This document shows, one piece after another, positions 60,847 to 64,000 of a stretch of 64,000 nt of DNA. The position numbers were made by a program, and so were the translations under genes. Positions within the stretch are counted from its first letter, which is position 1, and each line of letters starts with the position of its first letter. Location of the stretch: NCBI GenBank assembly GCA_964387275.1, contig CAYLVW010000001.1, positions 291,508 through 355,507 of the forward strand, written 5' to 3'. The notes under the pieces were generated by a model. The model had not been told where the DNA came from. It made no database searches and saw only the letters and a list, made by a program, of their open reading frames with translations. This DNA comes from an uncultured Candidatus Saccharibacteria bacterium (GTDB lineage: Bacteria; Patescibacteriota; WWE3; UBA101185; UBA10185).

Positions 60847-61538
60847 TCTTTTTCTGATAATTTAAAACCGACGCCGTAAACAGTATGAATTAATTTCCTA
60901 CATTCGGATCTATCAATTTTTTTTCTTAAGGAACCCATTAACACATCTACTATATTACTATTCCCTGTATAACTCGTGTCCCAAACGTGATCTAACATCA
61001 TTGTTCTGGTCACTACATTGTCTTTGTGGCTTGCCAGTAATTCCAGGATTGAAAACTCTTTTGGTGTAAGAAGTATTTCTATAGCGCCTCTAAACACTTC
61101 ATGTTTGGCAGAGTTTATTTTTAGATCGGCTACCTCTATTATTGGAAGTTCAATTTGATCTTTTCTTCTCAATAATGCTTTTACACGCACATATAGTTCT
61201 GCAATACTAAAAGGCTTAGTTAGGTAATCATCAGCACCTATGTTAAATCCTTCTATTTTATCTTCTAACCGTGATTTGGCAGTTAACATCAGTATAGGAG
61301 TATGTATTCTCTTATCCTTTAACATTTTACATAGCAGAAGTCCATCTATTTTTGGAAGCATTAAATCCAGAATAATGAGATCGTAAGGTTCGGTTTCAGC
61401 CATAAAGCTACCCTCTTCGCCGTCAAATGCAATATCAACAGCATACCCTTGTTCTAATAAGCCTTTTTGCAGGTTTTTTGCTAAATCCTCTTCATCTTCA
61501 ACTATTAGTAGTCTCATACCTTTTATTTTATCGCACAA
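60843..61538 (-). CDS. OmpR-family response regulator.
   Basis: Receiver Asp pocket (LIVEDE..DLIILDLMLP..K), winged-helix C-terminus; 4-bp overlap with the kinase gene. Confidence 0.85.
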   Translation of the reverse strand: MCDKIKGMRLLIVEDEEDLAKNLQKGLLEQGYAVDIAFDGEEGSFMAETEPYDLIILDLMLPKIDGLLLCKMLKDKRIHTPILMLTAKSRLEDKIEGFNIGADDYLTKPFSIAELYVRVKALLRRKDQIELPIIEVADLKINSAKHEVFRGAIEILLTPKEFSILELLASHKDNVVTRTMMLDHVWDTSYTGNSNIVDVLMGSLRKKIDRSECRKLIHTVYGVGFKLSEKE

Positions 61539-61619
61539 AAAAGCTACATTTGCAAAATCTTAAATAATGGCTAAAACTCAATTAGCATTCCGACTAGTTG
61601 TGTTTTTAGCCACTTACTC

Positions 61620-61632
61620 CTACAATATGTAG
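61620..61632. promoter_or_regulatory. Cop-box/BlaI-box-like palindrome CTACA-ATA-TGTAG, immediately 5' of the blaI/copY-like start codon.
   Basis: Perfect inverted repeat with TACA/TGTA half-sites, 2 nt upstream of the ATG at 61634. Confidence 0.4.
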
Positions 61633-61633
61633 T

Positions 61634-62014
61634 ATGAATTCAACTCAAATGAGTAATTTAGAACAAGAAGTTATGGCCATTGTCTGGGACTTAAAAGAGG
61701 TAAAGGTTAGAGACGTTATGGAAAAAGTTCAATCAAGGAAAGATTTGGCTTATACAACTATAGCCACGATATTTACCCGACTTGAGCATAAAGGGTTGCT
61801 AACTAGAAGTACTCAGGGAAGTTCTTATTTATATAAGCCTAAGATATCAAAAGAAGTTTATTCAAAATCTATTGCCAAATCTTTTATAGCAAAATTTACA
61901 TCATCTTTTGGAAGTATGGCAATATCTGCGTTTGCTGAATCAATTCACGAATTACCAGAAAGTAAAAGAAAATATTTTCTCGAATTATTAGAGGCTGAAA
62001 AGAATGATATATAG
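61634..62014 (+). CDS. BlaI/MecI/CopY-family winged-helix repressor. It has no C-terminal Cys metal-binding motif.
   Basis: Penicillinase-repressor fold signature (EQEVMAIVW...TIATIFTRLEHKGLL...YLY). Confidence 0.75.
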   Translation: MNSTQMSNLEQEVMAIVWDLKEVKVRDVMEKVQSRKDLAYTTIATIFTRLEHKGLLTRSTQGSSYLYKPKISKEVYSKSIAKSFIAKFTSSFGSMAISAFAESIHELPESKRKYFLELLEAEKNDI

Positions 62015-62990
62015 TAAGTACTTGAAACTACAATTTTCTATTTTTATATTACTGTTAGTGGGAGTAACCTTACTCGTTTCAAAATATTTTACGTTTCTAA
62101 TTCACGAGACTGTCATTTACTGCCAAAAGATTATAAGTCAACCAGATTTAATTATTCGTTCCCCACATTTGTTAGCCACGATAATAATTGGATTAGCTGT
62201 ATTTCATATTATCGTTCTATTTTTCTATAAATTATTCCGTGAGTTTTACATGGTGCGTAATTTTGAAAGAAACATTGAAAGATTAACTTCAGAAGTACTA
62301 ACTGTAACTACAAAGTACAATATTAGTACTAGCTCATTGTGTTTATTTAAGAATGAGGACTTATATGCTTTTTGTTTTGGCGTGATAAATCCAAAAATCT
62401 ATATTTCAACGCAGTTTGTCAACAATTTAGATCAAGAAGAGCTGGAAGCTGTACTATTACATGAATATTACCACATGAAGAAAAGACATAGTGTACTGCG
62501 GGTCTATTCTAAAGCCCTATCTATGCTTTTTCCGTTCTTTCCAATATTATCCGAAATGCATACTCTTATAAAAGAAAAGCAAGAAATATCTGCGGATAAC
62601 TTTGTTGTAAATAAGCTTCAAAGCACTAAACCGCTAGTCAATGTGTTCAAAAAAATAGTTTCAAATAAGTATGTAAGTAATGAATTATTTTTATCAACAA
62701 TCTATGAGGACACAACTATTGAAAATAGGATTAAAAACTTAAAAAATATTAAATTTACTAACCAGAGTTTCAGTCTACCCAAAGTGTTTATCAGTATAAT
62801 TTCCAGTTTAACGATCGTTACATTACTGGCACTACCTGTGAATGCAACAGAGATCCACAACAACGGGCAAGACATTGTTATGATTTGCCTTAACAAAGAT
62901 TGTCAAAGATCTTGTGAGGCTGAGATAACCACATCTTCATATATAAATACCCAAATTATTTCCTATCCATTTACTCCATATATACATTAA
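62004..62990 (+). CDS. BlaR1-like M56 membrane metalloprotease (signal transducer) lacking a penicillin-binding sensor domain; its C-terminal tail has a Cx5Cx3C cluster.
   Basis: HEYYHMKKRH (HExxH) after TM3; C-terminus ...MICLNKDCQRSCEAE. Confidence 0.7.
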   Translation: MIYSKYLKLQFSIFILLLVGVTLLVSKYFTFLIHETVIYCQKIISQPDLIIRSPHLLATIIIGLAVFHIIVLFFYKLFREFYMVRNFERNIERLTSEVLTVTTKYNISTSSLCLFKNEDLYAFCFGVINPKIYISTQFVNNLDQEELEAVLLHEYYHMKKRHSVLRVYSKALSMLFPFFPILSEMHTLIKEKQEISADNFVVNKLQSTKPLVNVFKKIVSNKYVSNELFLSTIYEDTTIENRIKNLKNIKFTNQSFSLPKVFISIISSLTIVTLLALPVNATEIHNNGQDIVMICLNKDCQRSCEAEITTSSYINTQIISYPFTPYIH

Positions 62991-63044
62991 CCCGTTGACA
63001 TAAAAACAAGCTCCTACTACACTATGTAGTATTGTATTTGTTTA

Positions 63045-63842
63045 ATGAAAGAAATTAGCATATTTTGCTATTTAAGCTATATGGAACAAACTAAATCATT
63101 TTTAAAAGAAAATCCTACAATTATCGTAATGCCTTTGGTAATACTATTAATACTGGCATCTTTTGTTATAGGATCCTTATATACTAAGGTAAATTATCTG
63201 GAAAAAGGTGGAACGTTGGTTGGTGCTCAAAATGCGAATCAACCTGCCAAGGCACCTTCTCCTGCGGGTCAACCTCAACCACAGGCTGCAGTTAAGAAAC
63301 CTGAAGTAACTAATACAGATTATTATCGAGGAAATAAAAATGCCAAGGTTACTTTAGTTGAATACTCGGATTTTGAATGTCCTTTTTGTATACGCTTCCA
63401 TCCAACAATGTTACAAGTGATGAAAGAATATGGAGATAAGGTTAAATGGGTATATAGACATTTTCCTCTTTCCTTTCATGCTAACGCTCAAAAAGCAGCA
63501 GAAGCATCTGAGTGTGTCGGTAAATTAGCAGGAAACGATGCTTTCTGGAAATTTGCTGATTTGTATTTCGAACGCACTAAGGGAAATGGAACAGGTTTTG
63601 CATTAGATAAATTAGCCGACCTTGGTGCTGAGGCTGGTGCAAATAAAACTGCGGTACAAAAATGTTTAGATAGCAATGAAATGGCCCAAAAGGTTAAGGA
63701 CCAAATGGCAAAAGGTTCAGAGGAGGGTGTAACAGGAACACCAGGAACTATAATAATTGATGCAAAAGGCGGTACGCAATTGGTTCCAGGTGCGTTACCA
63801 TTCGAACAACTTAAACCAATGCTTGATCAAGCATTAAAGTAA
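63045..63842 (+). CDS. DsbA-family thiol:disulfide oxidoreductase, membrane-anchored.
   Basis: Thioredoxin-fold CPFC active site (YSDFECPFCIRFHP); N-terminal TM. Confidence 0.75.
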   Translation: MKEISIFCYLSYMEQTKSFLKENPTIIVMPLVILLILASFVIGSLYTKVNYLEKGGTLVGAQNANQPAKAPSPAGQPQPQAAVKKPEVTNTDYYRGNKNAKVTLVEYSDFECPFCIRFHPTMLQVMKEYGDKVKWVYRHFPLSFHANAQKAAEASECVGKLAGNDAFWKFADLYFERTKGNGTGFALDKLADLGAEAGANKTAVQKCLDSNEMAQKVKDQMAKGSEEGVTGTPGTIIIDAKGGTQLVPGALPFEQLKPMLDQALK

Positions 63843-63863
63843 AAGCGATAGGAAAAGTACTGT

Positions 63864-64000
63864 ATGGATCTAGTAACTATATTTATCACAGGATTATTTG
63901 CAGGAGGACTAACTTGTATAGCAGTACAAGGAGGTCTTCTTGCATCGTCGGTTGCAAATCATGAGTCTGACAAATTATCTGATATTGCTAGACGAACAGG
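63864..64000 (+). CDS. 5' end of a DsbD_2/CcdA-like thiol-disulfide membrane transporter gene, truncated by the window edge.
   Basis: The N-terminus LVTIFITGLFAGGLTCIAVQGGLL is homologous to the permease start (FLVGLTAGLSTCMALVGGLVL) in ORF 57508..59385. Confidence 0.4.
   Translation, partial: MDLVTIFITGLFAGGLTCIAVQGGLLASSVANHESDKLSDIARRT

Overview
The window is AT-rich and gene-dense and uses the standard genetic code: conserved genes such as aspS, gatA and clpE read through at full length. Its content suggests a small-genome, Gram-positive-like or Patescibacteria(CPR)-like bacterium. That guess rests on many N-terminally anchored secreted proteins with Pro/Thr-rich linkers, a sortase-like enzyme, a family-A DNA polymerase (PolA) lacking the 5'-3' nuclease domain, and the indirect Asn/Gln-tRNA pathway. 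It is a guess, not a demonstrated assignment.

Layout:
- 1-4.7 kb: envelope genes and tRNA-Thr.
- 4.9-10.8 kb: a large secreted protein, small conserved genes, tRNA-Gly and tRNA-Asp.
- 10.9-31.4 kb: a housekeeping block. It holds PolX, LemA-HtpX, gatC-gatA-aspS-(HEPN-like ORF)-gatB, PolA, a caspase-like protein, ClpE, L19, an orphan PAS histidine kinase operon, a staphylococcal-nuclease (SNase) homologue, a GT39 glycosyltransferase, an RRM protein and Tmk.
- 31.9 kb: tRNA-Lys.
- 32.2-38.6 kb: a 33-aa Cys-rich small ORF, then two overlapping genes. The first encodes a ~1490-aa GH5-like/dockerin/beta-propeller protein; the second encodes a cohesin-like/CBM scaffold protein.
- 38.8-46 kb: an accessory stretch of secreted and lipoproteins.
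- 46.3-52.8 kb: a bona fide lexA divergent from a two-gene unknown operon, followed by a phage-derived block (ParB-methyltransferase fusion, second methyltransferase, terminase small and large subunits) with no structural genes.
- 53.8-64 kb: a copper/redox island (CopA with an odd C-terminal repeat extension, CopZ, an HMA-permease-cupredoxin fusion, histidine kinase/response regulator, BlaI/CopY-BlaR1 pair, DsbA, partial DsbD_2-like gene).

The candidates I rank highest are the adjacent cohesin/dockerin gene pair, the lexA-divergent two-gene module with candidate operator palindromes, a HEPN-like ORF embedded in the gat-aspS operon, a caspase-like protein next to polA, and a BlaR1-like protease with a C-terminal Cys cluster in the copper island. 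All domain calls come from motif recognition by eye and need HMM or structure confirmation.
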